DNA of 64,000 nucleotides. Origin: Obrimoposthia wandeli (taxonomy: Eukaryota). Below are positions 27,001-38,998 of the stretch, piece after piece; the first letter of the stretch is position 1; every line of letters starts with the position of its first letter. The stretch is taken from NCBI GenBank assembly GCA_977020255.1, contig CDROCS010003227.1, positions 62,001 through 126,000 on the forward strand. Reading direction: 5' to 3'. The notes below the pieces were generated by a model, which did no database searches, was not told the DNA's origin, and was given only the letters and a program-made list of their open reading frames with translations. Made by a program: the position numbers and the translations under genes.

Positions 27001-28520
27001 TATTTTTATAGTTTAAGGTTAAAATCACTTGATAAAATACCACAATAACGTATGTTTACAAATAAATTTATTGTAAACGATAGTAAACTATCAATGACTT
27101 TTTATGTAATGAAATATTAGAGTATTAACTTACAATATATTAAACTGAATATATGTATAAATATATTATTTTTACAAGATCTTTTATTATACAAAACATT
27201 AAAATTATGATTAATAAGTAAACTACTTGAAGTTTTTGTTGTAAATTATAATAAAGTAATAACTTACAACGTATTAAAGTGAATATATGAATAAATATAT
27301 TATGTTTACAAGTAAATTTATAGTAAACGATAGTAAATATCAATTAATTTTATGGTATGGAATATTAAAGTAATAACTTACAACATATTAAATTATGTTT
27401 ACAAGTCAATTTATGATACAAAACATTAAACTTATGATTAATAAGTAAACTACTTGATGTTTTTGTTGAAAATTATATTAAAGTAATAAGTTACAACATA
27501 TTAAAGTTAATATATGCATAAATATATTATGTTTACAAGTCAATTTATAGTAAACGACAGTAAAATATCAATTACTTTTTATGTAATGGAATATTACAGT
27601 AATAATTTACAACGTATTATATGAATATGCACAATAAATTATGTTTACAAGTTAATTTATTGATCAAATCATTAAAATTATGATTATTAAGTAAAGTACT
27701 TGAAGTTGTTTGTTGTAAATTATATTACAGTAATAACTTACAACATATTAAATTGAAAATATACAAAAAATATACTATGTTTACAAGTTAATGTATTGTA
27801 CAAAACATTAATATTATGATTATTAAGTAAACTACATGAAGTTTTTGTAGTAAATTATATTACAGTAATAACTTACAACATTTTAAACTGTATATATGCA
27901 ACAACAAATAAATATTGTAGTTTACAAGTAAATTACTTGAAGTTTTTGTTGTAAATTATATTAAAGTAATAACTTACAATATATTAAATTGAAAATATAC
28001 CAAAATAAATTATGTTTACAAGTCAATTTATTGATCAAATCATTAAACTTATGATTAATAAGTAAACTACTTGAAATTTTTGTTGAAAATTATATTAAAG
28101 TAATAAGTTACAACATATTAAAGTTAATATATGCATAAATATATTATGTTTACAAGTCAATTTATAGTAAACGACAGTAAAATATCAATTACTTTTTATG
28201 TAATGGAATATTACAGTAATAATTTACAACGTATTAAACTAAATATATGCAAAATAAATTATGTTTACAAGTCAATTTATTGTAAACGACAGTAAACTAT
28301 GAATTACTTTTCATGTAATGAAATATTACAGTATTAACTTACAATATATTAAATGAATATGTACAATAAATTATGTTTACAAGTCAATTTATCGTACAAA
28401 TCATTAATATTAAGATTATTAAGTAAATTACTTGAAGTTTAGGTTGTAAATTATATTAAAGTAATAACTTACAACATATTAAAGTGAATATATGCAAAAT
28501 TATAATATTATATTTACAAG
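24020..28520 (-). repeat. Same satellite in reverse orientation (right arm), including a ~1.3-kb duplicated block
   Basis: Reverse-complement monomers; 24054-25380 recurs at 26829-28155 (offset 2775). Confidence 0.9.
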
Positions 28521-31500
28521 TCAATTTTCGAATGTAAACAAAATTAAATAATTCGAAAGAACTTTTACCATTTGAAAGAATACATTTAATAGTACTTTAT
28601 ATTTGAAATTTATATTATATGCAGTCGACGGAATACAGCTACTAACTTTATAATTAAAATATTTTTTATAGTTTAAGGTTAAAATCACTTGATAAAAACC
28701 ACAATAATGTGATAAAGAAATATTATTTAACATATAAAAATGAATTTTTGAAGAAATAAATTGAATATTCATATTATATTAATAAGACAATGGCAAAAAT
28801 ATCAAGTAATTAAAAAAAATAAAATTGTTTGTTGAGTTAATTTACTAAATTTGTATATAAATATATTTTCGAATAGTTAAAAAGAGAAATGAATATTGAT
28901 AATTTCAATTATATTTACGAATATAAATTTATAATCAAGTTATTTAAAAATAAAGAATTTAAATTTATCTAATTATTTAAAATATTTCAATTAAGGAATT
29001 TTAACAAACGAGATAAGACATTTTAATTATTTAATTGCATGAGTATGTATGAAAGGTTAACTTTAATATGGAGGTAAACTATGTGAAAATATGAAAGTTC
29101 GCATCTTAATTATTATAACTTCATCATAACTTACATCATCTTCATTGATTGATAGTATTAATTTAATAATTAGCTAGTACTCACTTGCAGTTTAAGATTC
29201 ACTTGTAAAGATTCTTACTTGTATTTGCATTCATATTTGCATTCACTTACATTCATACTTGCATTCACTTACATTCATTCTAACTCTCATATATTTAAAC
29301 TAACATTCAAATTCATTAATATATTTACTAATTTTCATTCATAATTGACATTCGTACTTGCATATTGCGTATTCTTTCTTACTTGTACTTGACCCTGCAT
29401 TCATACTTGCATTCATTTACATTCAATCTAACTGTAATTTATTCAAACTATCATTCAAATACATTTAAATACATTAATATTTTACTAATTTTCATTCATA
29501 CCTTCAAACTTGGTGTTGTTTTCTATTAATCTAGCCATAACTTAGTCATTCTAATTTTTAACATACTTCAATATCACTGCTTCTTATAGTTGCTTACTTG
29601 TTATTAATTTACTGTAACTTAACATAACTTTATTCATACGAAAACTCTATTTTAATTTACTTATAGTCTAAATTACACTCGCATTCAATCAAACTATCGA
29701 CACTCTTATTTTTAAATTACATTCACTTACTAAGAAACTTACTTGTATTTGCATTCATTTGCATTCATACTTGTATTCATTTACATTCAATCTAACTCTC
29801 ATTTTTTTTTTCAAACTTTCATTCAAATATTCAAATAAATTAATATTTTACTAATTTTCATTCATAGCGTTAAACTTAGTGTTGTTGTTTTATTTACTTT
29901 TTTATTTTTTCTATTAATTCCGTTGTAACTTAGTTGTTAAATCGGAAAGAATGTATAAAGAATGGATTTTCTTACTTTACAAATGCTATTCACTTAAGTT
30001 TGAAGATGATATTATGAAATTACATATTAAATATGTTTAATTTTGTATTATTCTCTGACTTCTTTCTTATTTTATTTTTTTTTATTTTTATATATAATTT
30101 AAGTTATTTAAAGAAATTTTATCATAATTCTATAAATGTATAAGCCTAGGAAAAAAATTTTGATCTAAACTTTCACATAGAATAGTGTGTGTGTTTAAAA
30201 ACCACATTCCTTAACTGATAAGAGTGAACTTTAGCCTTGATTTTCACATAGAATAGTGTGTGTATTATTACGTAATACATTCCTTAACTTTTAAGTGTGA
30301 ACTTTCACATGATCTTAATTATACCTTCAAAGTTTCAAGTCAAAACTGACCTTGACCCTTTGATTTATGGACGACCATAGTGGTATATCAAAGAAGGGTG
30401 GAGACTAGACCACAAAAAAAAAGGGTGGAGACTAGACCACTTGACCCTTTGAATTATGGACGATCATAGTGGTTAGCCAAAAAGAAGGGTGGAGACTAGA
30501 CCACAAAAAGAAGGGTGGAGACTAGATCACAAAAAGAAGGGTGGAGACTAGACCACTTGACCCTTTGAATTATGGACGACCACAACCCTTTAGTGGTTAG
30601 CCAAAAGAAGGGTGGAGACTAGATCACTTGACCCTTTGAATAATGGACGATCATAGTGGTTAGCCAAAAAGAAGGGTGGAGACTAGACCACAAAAAGAAG
30701 GGTGGAGACTAGACCACTTGACCCTTTGAATTATGGACGACCACAACCCTTTAGTGGTTAGCCAAAAGAAGGGTGGAGACTAGATCACTTGACCCCCTCA
30801 CCCTCTCCCCTCCCCCTCCCCCCTCCCCCCTAAAGGGTGTCACACCATAAGGGTATATATTGCCTTACCAGAGGTGAGGCAACATATATCCTTATGGTGT
30901 GGCAAGACATCCTTATGGTGTGACACCCTTTAGGGGGGGGTCAAGTGGTCTAGACTCCATCCTTCTACCTACTATCATGATCCCTTTACCTGTCGTTTTC
31001 AGATAGGACCATTCCTGTTAAGTTTAGAATTTTCTCATGACTATTTTACATTCAAACCTAGGTCTTTATAATTTTAATGTTTCTATATATATACTCCTCC
31101 AAAGGTTTTTTCTAAAAAAATTAATTTTGAATATAATTATTTTTTCTAAATTAGAAAACTAATACGTAATATCACGGCTATGTTATTTATGAACATTTTC
31201 ATTTATATATTTAAAAAACTATTGTTTTTTTTAATAATATTTTAATATAATTATAATACATTGAACATTTTTAAATTCCAATATTTTTTTCTAAACTGTA
31301 AGTATTTCTAATTATTATGAATATAATATATTTATTTCTATATTACAGGAATTTTTTAATGATAAATGAAACCAATTCATATTTACGGGAGTTAAGAAGA
31401 GAATTAAGAGATTACGAAATGATAAGAAGACATTTATAGAAATAATGGATATACCATACAACAGGTGTGTCAATTTAAATTATTACAAACCTAAACTTAA

Positions 31501-32849
31501 AAAGAAAATGACCGGCCCTAAGAAAATGATAGATACACCGAAAAGTCTCGCTATCAAGAGGAGTGTAAGCAAAATGATAGCTAATTGTGAAATAGTTAAA
31601 TAGTTATATGAATAAGAAGTTATGTTTTGAAACAAGTCACAAGGAGTGTGATTCGAGTATGAAGGCCTACTTTAGATAGAAATTCTATCGCGGAATATTC
31701 TTCATATGTCCAGTATCGGAGGAGATCGATTGGTCGAAGTTTGTTGATAAGTATTGACACCATCTTCGGCATTTCCAGCAACGTGGGAAGAATGCCATCT
31801 TCCAGGTGACGCTACATAGCAGTATGTCATATATTGCCCTAGTGCCTGCTTCTCCTGCTGTCATCATATCAACTATGCCTGCCCCATTTCTACAGTTGCT
31901 TCTCCTGCATCTGCCGCTGTAACCATATCTGCTGCCCCCTCTACTGCGCCTCATGATTGAGCTCCTGCCACCACCATTATGCCCGCTGCTATGCTCGTTG
32001 CTGTTCCTATTGCTGTTCCACCAACATCGAGTGTTGGTTCAAATGGAGTTGGTAGGGTTCCCACTAGCGCGCTGATACCAGCATCTACCCGCAAGAGAAG
32101 TGTTATGCTCACTTCAGGTAGCTATGCTGCGAAGTTGCCCAGGGTTGATATCGTTAAGCGAAAGCGTGGTATTCGAGGCATGATTGAGACATCGTCATTA
32201 GATGTTTCTAATGACAAAGTAATTGATTTAGTAGTTCCGAAGTCACTTTTGACTACCTTAGGGGTTGCAGTCATCAAGTTCACGACTTGCAAGGTTCAAT
32301 TGAATTTGCTAATTTTGTTGGGGTTTCTATATGAAACTACTGGATAGATCCTCGGATGGAGGCCCCCAACGTGAGTTCTATAGAAGTAGGGCTTGCAGTT
32401 GTTTGTGGCCTACTTAGATTGTGCTTACCTATCTCATTGTATAATCTGAAGGTTTGTTTTTGTTTGTTGTTGTGGGGATGTATGAAGAGCTGTGTATATC
32501 GTACTGGAAAAATTCCCTTAGTGTGGTGCAGTGTATGGAGTAGTTGGTACTAGTTTGATTCCAAAAGCTTTGTTCAAACAACACTGAATAACTGTAGGAA
32601 ACTTTATTCTCTAAAACACACTAAGTTACGTTTCTAAAAAATGACAACAACTAGTCCTAATTCTCTTCACAAACTTTGCACAAATGGGGATGTTGGAATG
32701 TATCGATCTTAATCGGCTTAATAATTTTAGAGGTCCTGATTCGGTACGCGTTAAATTCTATTTTATAATTTAAAATTCAATGTTGATTAATTTTAAATTC
32801 AATACACGTTAATGTCTTTTTATTTCAAACTTATTATAAAATTCAATAT

Positions 32850-33330
32850 AGACTAATTTGAAATTCAATTTTCGTTAATTTCTCTTTACTTCAAACTTTA
32901 ATTCAGAATTCAAAATAGGTTAATTTCAATTCAATACTAGTTAATTTTTTTTACTTCGAACTTTAATCCAGAATTCAATATAGGTTAATTTCAATTCAAT
33001 ACTGGTTAATTCTTTTTACTTCGAACTTTAATTCAGAATTCAATATAGGTTAATTTCAATTCAATACTTATTAATTCTTTGTACTTCGAACTTTAATTCA
33101 GAATTCAATATATGTTAATTTCAATTCAATACTGGTTAATTCATTTTACTTCAAAAATTAATTCAAAATTCAATATAGACTAATTTCAACTCACCAATAA
33201 TTCAATTCGGTCTTGGCTGCTCAGATTCCTGTAATTCAATATACTTAAATTCTTTTTTCTAATTTAAACTTAATTTAAAATCCAATGTTGATTAATTTTA
33301 AATTCAATATTCGTTAATTTTTTTTACTTC
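32850..33330 (+). repeat. ~62-bp tandem repeat (TTCAATTCAATACTGGTTAATTCTTTTTACTTCGAACTTTAATTCAGAATTCAATATAGGTTAAT)
   Basis: About 5-7 diverged copies read directly. Confidence 0.8.
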
Positions 33331-34905
33331 AAACTTACCAAATATTTCGACTCGGTCTTGGCTGCTCAGATACCTGTAGTCTCAGGTCCGGGGTCTCTGA
33401 TCCGGTTTCTCATATCCGTTCCGGTTTGGTTGTTGATGGTATCTGCTCTCTTGAATTATCCAATTTTTGGCCTCTTCTCGTTCGCTAGTGTTATAATTTT
33501 CTTTTAACGGTATATGCTCTCTGTATAATAATTAAAATAACTTTCTCTTTTTATAGTTCTTACCTTGGATTATCTCAGCTTTTGGTCTCTTCTCGTTTAT
33601 TAGTGTTATACTTTTCTTTAAACGGTATCTGCTCTCTGTGTTTATATATTTCTGAAAATCAAAGTAATTCCTTTTTATAGCTGCAATATCTCTGTCATAT
33701 TTCTCAATTAGTGCTTTCCTTCTTATAGCTGCGAATTCCCGACTTCTGAAATGGGAAAATATTCAATTAATTATCACTTAGGTTAAGTGATTCTTACCTT
33801 CACTCGTCCCGGCAGCAATTGATTCCCACACTCTAATGTATTTTGAGTCTGAGAGCGGACAACAACTGGTCTGTTTCTCAGCGGCTGGCCTTCTTGTTCT
33901 TCTGTCTATGGCTTCTTATTCTCTTTTTCTTAATCCGTCTTATTTTCTTGGCTTTTCGAAATTAATTGGGATTTTCTTACACTGGCCCTTTTAATAGATT
34001 TAATATTTACATATACTATACATCAAACACTTGACCTCCTCAAGGTCCTAAAATACTTTTTTGATTTTATTATATTAATTTTAATTCCATTCAAATTTTA
34101 TTTTATTTTTAACCTTGCTTTCAAGGATTTATTTTACTATATAATAATTAATTATTTTTTGAAAATTATTAAATTTCTAATCCAAACAATTTGCTAATAT
34201 AGGAGAGACACGTGCCTGGATATTTTTCAATATATCTTAAGTGGGAAATTGGTATGTGAAAAATGACTCCAGTAATAATATATTCAATTCAAAATTGTTA
34301 ATATATATTTTCCAGTAATTATTGTCTCTGAAATTGGTAATATATATTTTCCAGTAATTATTGTCTCTGAAATATTATGTGCTGACGATGTTGGGATTCG
34401 TCTTTTAACTATTCTATTTATAGACCTGCATCAACAAACTCCACCATCAGATCTGCAACCTGATTTCCAACAAATTATCGGAAAATTGTCACCATTGCAA
34501 GTCTGCGTGCCATTTAGCATCGGTAAGAGGAGAAAACTGGCAATCAGGAAAATCTGCACAAAAAATATTAAACACATCCACACACAGAGGAGTTAAAATA
34601 TACTGGGAACACATACACACAGTATAGAGTGGGTAAGTAATAGGTGAGTAAGGGAGTGAGTAGAGATTGAGTAGTATGAGCAATGAAGATGAAAGAAGAG
34701 TGAAAAAATATGTTTGCTGTGTGTGTGTGTGGTGACTTTATTTTTGTATGTATGTGTTTTGTGCATGTGTGCACATTAATCTTCCCATCTCTGACTTCGC
34801 GGGCAATCGCCTACCGCGAAGTCAGAGACAAGTCTGCCATCTTTACCATCACCATTGTTATCTCTGGCTTCGCGGAATCCACCGCAAAGTCAGAGATAAC
34901 AAGCC

Positions 34906-34957
34906 ATCTCCCTGAAGAGCCCGGAAGGGCGAAACGGGCTTTTTTCCCGTCGGAGAT
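34906..34957 (+). ncRNA. Type I hammerhead ribozyme
   Basis: Stem I ATCTCC/GGAGAT; core CTGAAGA; stem II GCCC-GGAA-GGGC; GAAA; stem III CGGG/CCCG; GTC triplet with predicted cleavage after 34951. Confidence 0.9.
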
Positions 34958-35262
34958 TGATCACTCCAAAACCAAAATGCCAAAGTGCATAATATTTTAT
35001 TTAACAAGAACTTTTCCCTAATTAAGGAAAGTTCTTAATTAATTAATTCCCATTTTTTCTTTATTTTCATATCTTTTATTTTTTCAATAAATCTTAATGC
35101 TTAAAATATTTAAAAGATATTCCCAACATATAGGGCTCCAGGAAGTAGTTATATACCAACCCCATCCTAGTTAGCGCTCTCACATTGCGTTATCAATGTT
35201 CTGAATTTCAACACTTTTTGTTTTCTTTACAGCATATTAGCTGTACGTTTCCGCGAAGTATT

Positions 35263-36168
35263 TGATGGAGTGATCAAGTTCACAACCTCGCAGCGAACCG
35301 CTCGGCCCCTTACTCTCACACTCGCCTCATAATTCTCTCGAGTTTTTAAGCGGCCGAGATTTCAGCACACGCCGTACGGCAAGGAGTCACCTCCCTCTAG
35401 GCCCAGGAGGACACCTAGTTCTATCCCCGAAAAGCAGATGAGTCACCACATTCGGCCTTGGTAATAACGCTACGATCGACGGATCTATACTTCAATAATG
35501 GCTGTTACACCCACTATCCAGTTCCGGCTTTCAGTGTTAGAGCGCTAGATCGTGGCGGCTCCTTCTTCGCCTCGCTTCTACCGTGTCTCTTCCAACGTCC
35601 TTGCGGACGACGGCATTCGAATCCAGTGGCTCTTTCGTGTAAACGGACCATCGAGCTCGTTCCGGCAAACACTTTTTCTGTAGCGATTTTGATCTCTGCT
35701 AACGATATCCCTAGCTGTCTGAGAATATCAAAACTCTGTTCTTGCCAGTTCCCTCGCCACGATATCGTAATCGCTTGGGTAACGAAGCTCAATGTTGGAT
35801 CCAAGAAAGTGCTGCTGCTTGTCTAATTTCTGCCAATGTGGTTGTCTCGTCTCCAGCAGCTGGGATATGTTCATTATCTCCACTGGTCACTTCAGGAGTG
35901 TTTGTAGTGGGAATTAATCCGATATCATCAGCCACCTTCGTTTCCACGACGGTGTCAAGGTCGACCAAGCCTTCTCGCTCGCGTCAGTACCTAAGGCTCC
36001 GGTTTCCTCCCCTGGGGTCGCTACACTGGTGTATTCAGAGGGACTCACGTCTTCGCCATTCGGTACTAACTGTTCTTCATCCGCATTACCTCCGCTAACG
36101 ATGCCGCCGTTAGTTTCATTGGCCTTTTCGAGAGTGATCAAACCATCTTTCGCTTTCATCTTCAAACC
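35263..36168 (-). mobile_element. ~0.9-kb GC-rich insertion in relic B (retroelement ORF1/gag-like fragment, unassigned)
   Basis: Sits between gaagtattt and cgcactaatcc, which are contiguous in the intact pPolB (~49366-49384). Carries broken minus-strand ORFs 35914-36165 and 35514-35804. Confidence 0.55.
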
Positions 36169-37119
36169 CTCGCACTAATCCTCAATGGGTTTATCAATAT
36201 GATACCTTGTTCAATCAATAAACTTTAGATAAACCCATATGCCGATACGTCTATGTAATATACCGCAATTTGAGAGAAACAACCCATATCTCTCAATCAA
36301 CGTATTTACATTCAATAGGTTTTCTAATGTGCAAACGGATAGGGATATCTTTAAAAATCCCTATGTGGATGTAATTTATAGGATCACAAACCCGAACACT
36401 ACGCAAATCAATCTTCTCCTTTTAATAAATGATGATAACTTTCATTATGACGCTATTCCAAAACTCAATGGGATATGTAATTATAGGAACATATGTGTAT
36501 CTAATGACATCCGGTGTACTTGGTGCCATAAGCGTCTCCATGGGTTCCGGAGACCGATAAGTTACGCCAAGTACGTTCCACTCTGTAGGATGAATTTGGA
36601 TCATTAAACACTTTTATTATCATTAACACCACAGAGAAGCATATTGAGTTTAAGGACTTTTTAAAAAATTCTCCGCCGTTTGCTGTTTACGTGTATTTTT
36701 AGGCTCAGCTAGAGCCACAGGGAATTAATCATAAGATCCAGCTTTCAATCTCGACCGGTATGCTTATGCCTCTTGTTGTAGCCATGACAGGATACACACA
36801 TAATTACTCGGTTTTCACAGGAGGATCTTGTGTGGCATTCTTTTTGCAGAAATTAGAGGACATGGTGAAAGAGGTAGTACTCCCATGGTACAGAAATCAT
36901 GCGATCGAGGTAATACTGCCACTTACACTGGAACAGGTATCGAGTTTCAATGCTGCGAGAATCTGCTACTTGTGTAAGAAGAAGCTAGTGAATAAAGTTT
37001 ACTAGCATGATCACATGATGGGAGAGTACCTCGGAACTGATCATTCGAAATGCAACTTATCAAGGAGAGTGAATCGCTCTTTTCCTATCATTTTTCACAA
37101 TTTGATGGGTTATGACATG

Positions 37120-37717
37120 AGTAGGTAGATGTGTGACTTCTGGAACAAAGCCCCCCCCTGAGGACAAAATTTTTTAAGGTCAAGTTGAGGTCACGGTGAG
37201 GTCATGACCTCATGAGGTCAAGTCAAGTTAAGGTCAAGTTAAGGTCAATGTACTTTAAGGTCAACTTAAGGTCATGACGTCATGAGGTCAAGTTAAGGTC
37301 AAGTTAAGGTCATGATGAGGACAATGTACTTTAAGGTCAAGTTAAGGTCATGATGAGGACAATGTACTTTAAGGTCAACTTAAGGTCATGAGGACAACTT
37401 AAGGTCACGGTGAGGTCAAAAATATTCTATTTTTAGTAACATTCTTTAAATCTATATATCTTTTTATCTAAAGACTGTATTAACACCAATTCAACAAAAT
37501 ACATCTAGTGTGTGTGTGTGTTTTATAATTTAAATTAAATTATCTACTTATAAAATAAAGTATTATATAATTTGATAAATTTATTTAAACTAAATTAAAT
37601 TAAACTAAATTAAACTATCTACTTATAAAATAAAGTATTATATAATTTGATAATCATGTTTAAACGTTCCTATATCTATCTAACAAAGACAGTCACGTAC
37701 TGCATCTATATTGCAAA
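37120..37717 (+). repeat. Left TIR (598 bp) with an AGGTCA-based subterminal array
   Basis: Inverted match to 52798-53535. Confidence 0.95.
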
Positions 37718-37757
37718 TACTTGCATCTTTATGTAATCAATAGTAACATTTATTCTT

Positions 37758-37794
<37 letters not shown>

Positions 37795-37835
37795 AGTGTC
37801 TAACAAAGACACTCTGCATCTATATTGCAATGTAA

Positions 37836-38261
37836 TTACAAAGTTTTTGGTTGGTTTGCTAAAAAGTTTAGTTTTGGACCAAGATAGGCACTAGGATCCT
37901 TTTCAAATGCTTTTGTAAGTTTATCTAATTTTACAAAAATATCAAGCATACCATCCCCTTTTTGTATACCATCCCTTTTTTGCACTCGTTTCTGATTTTG
38001 TATACCTTTCAAATAATCCACATTCTTTTTGTGCTTTATAGCTTTTTTATCAACTCCACCAAACCATCTACCTAAAAGATTTGCTGCCATCATATGAATA
38101 CCCAAACCCTCCATGATTTTCTTTTTACTCATAGTCTTTTTACTCATAGTCTTTTTAACCTTAGTCTTTAATGATTTAGTAGGTTTTTTAGTCATTTTCA
38201 TAATAAATATTAAAGTATCACTATTGTTTATATATATATAAAATAATACAAATAAAGACAC
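37836..38261 (-). CDS. Lys-rich basic protein, possible virion core precursor
   Basis: KKTMSKK repeats, a WFGG motif and QKGDG/EGLG glycine motifs reminiscent of adenain cleavage sites. Confidence 0.55.
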   Translation of the reverse strand: MSLFVLFYIYINNSDTLIFIMKMTKKPTKSLKTKVKKTMSKKTMSKKKIMEGLGIHMMAANLLGRWFGGVDKKAIKHKKNVDYLKGIQNQKRVQKRDGIQKGDGMLDIFVKLDKLTKAFEKDPSAYLGPKLNFLANQPKTL

Positions 38262-38270
38262 AAAAATTTA

Positions 38271-38660
38271 TTAGTCAACTCTAACAGCATCAATTATTTT
38301 CCATATCGGAGTTTCCAATCCACTGGGCCCGATCTTGCATCCTTGAATTCTGATTGAGAGAATCCATTCTAGCTTAGGAGGAGGTGCTTCGTATATTGTT
38401 CCATTCTCATGCTTGAAAGTGGCAGTTGATCCTTTGATTACGAATTTGTTTTCCTGAAGCGCATAGTTGATTCCGAATTGAGTCAAGAGAATATTGATTC
38501 TCTCTTTATCCACAGAAGTCAAATTTGATATTTCAAAATCAAATTTAAGCGGCTCGATGTTGACAGGAAAAATAAAATTATAGTTATGAGCTTTCTTCAA
38601 AAAGTGCATCTCATATCCATAATATGTATGCATAGGTTGATATAGCTTTTCGAAATTCAT
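38271..38660 (-). CDS. Hypothetical Polinton protein (129 aa)
   Basis: Clean ATG-initiated ORF with protein-like composition in a gene-dense element. Confidence 0.6.
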   Translation of the reverse strand: MNFEKLYQPMHTYYGYEMHFLKKAHNYNFIFPVNIEPLKFDFEISNLTSVDKERINILLTQFGINYALQENKFVIKGSTATFKHENGTIYEAPPPKLEWILSIRIQGCKIGPSGLETPIWKIIDAVRVD

Positions 38661-38773
38661 ATTGACAATTATAAATTGAAATATTCAATTGTTTATCCTC
38701 CAAAGCTCGATTCTAATTGGTCGATATTCTTGTTTATGAAAATCGATTAGTCTCAATTGGTTAACATTCTTGT

Positions 38774-38998
38774 TTATCGTCTAGTATTAGTCATATCCTT
38801 AAAGGGCTCACGTTCTTCGGTTACGCGCGTAGGATACTGTGGTATTGTTTGACTTGATGGATTAATATTTTCTCTCTGATTATTTCTATTATAATTCATA
38901 TTAGAATATAAATTACTACCAGAACCTATATATGTACTAGCTCTACTTTCATTATTTTGATTATTTTGATTATCCATTTTCAATAAAATCATTATCAA
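38774..38998 (-). CDS. Short Asn/Gln-rich hypothetical ORF
   Basis: ORF track only; low complexity. Confidence 0.3.
   Translation of the reverse strand: MIMILLKMDNQNNQNNESRASTYIGSGSNLYSNMNYNRNNQRENINPSSQTIPQYPTRVTEEREPFKDMTNTRR

Larger units (their letters stand above)
18440..30973. mobile_element. 12.5-kb non-autonomous foldback element with Polinton-type termini
   Basis: Starts AGTAGGTAGAAGGATGG and ends CCATCCTTCTACCTACT; exact 6-bp TSD ATCATG at 18434-18439 and 30974-30979. About 2.4 kb of near-identical inverted unique arms, then satellite in opposite orientations; no credible coding region. Confidence 0.9.
32350..35130. mobile_element. ~2.8-kb insertion in relic B, probably retroelement-derived (Penelope-like/retrozyme-like)
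   Basis: Replaces pPolB-homologous sequence. Contains a ~62-bp tandem array, minus-strand GT-AG spliced segments (33330-33960), twin hairpins and a hammerhead ribozyme. No RT found; boundaries approximate. Confidence 0.45.
31608..37119 (+). pseudogene. Polinton pPolB relic B (5' portion), interrupted by three insertions
   Basis: Colinear with pPolB 48433 onward: MNKKLCFETSHKECD at 31608, PASTRKRSVM..SLDVSND (31979 ORF), GSSYIPTP (~35135), MPIRLCNIPQFER (36239 ORF), CYLCKKKL and FHNLMGYDM ending at 37119. Confidence 0.9.

Noticed and set aside
20585-28772. Paired identical ORFs (20585-20836/28521-28772; 24365-24568/27140-27343)
   Set aside because: AT-rich noise ORFs duplicated only because of the inverted arms and the satellite duplication.
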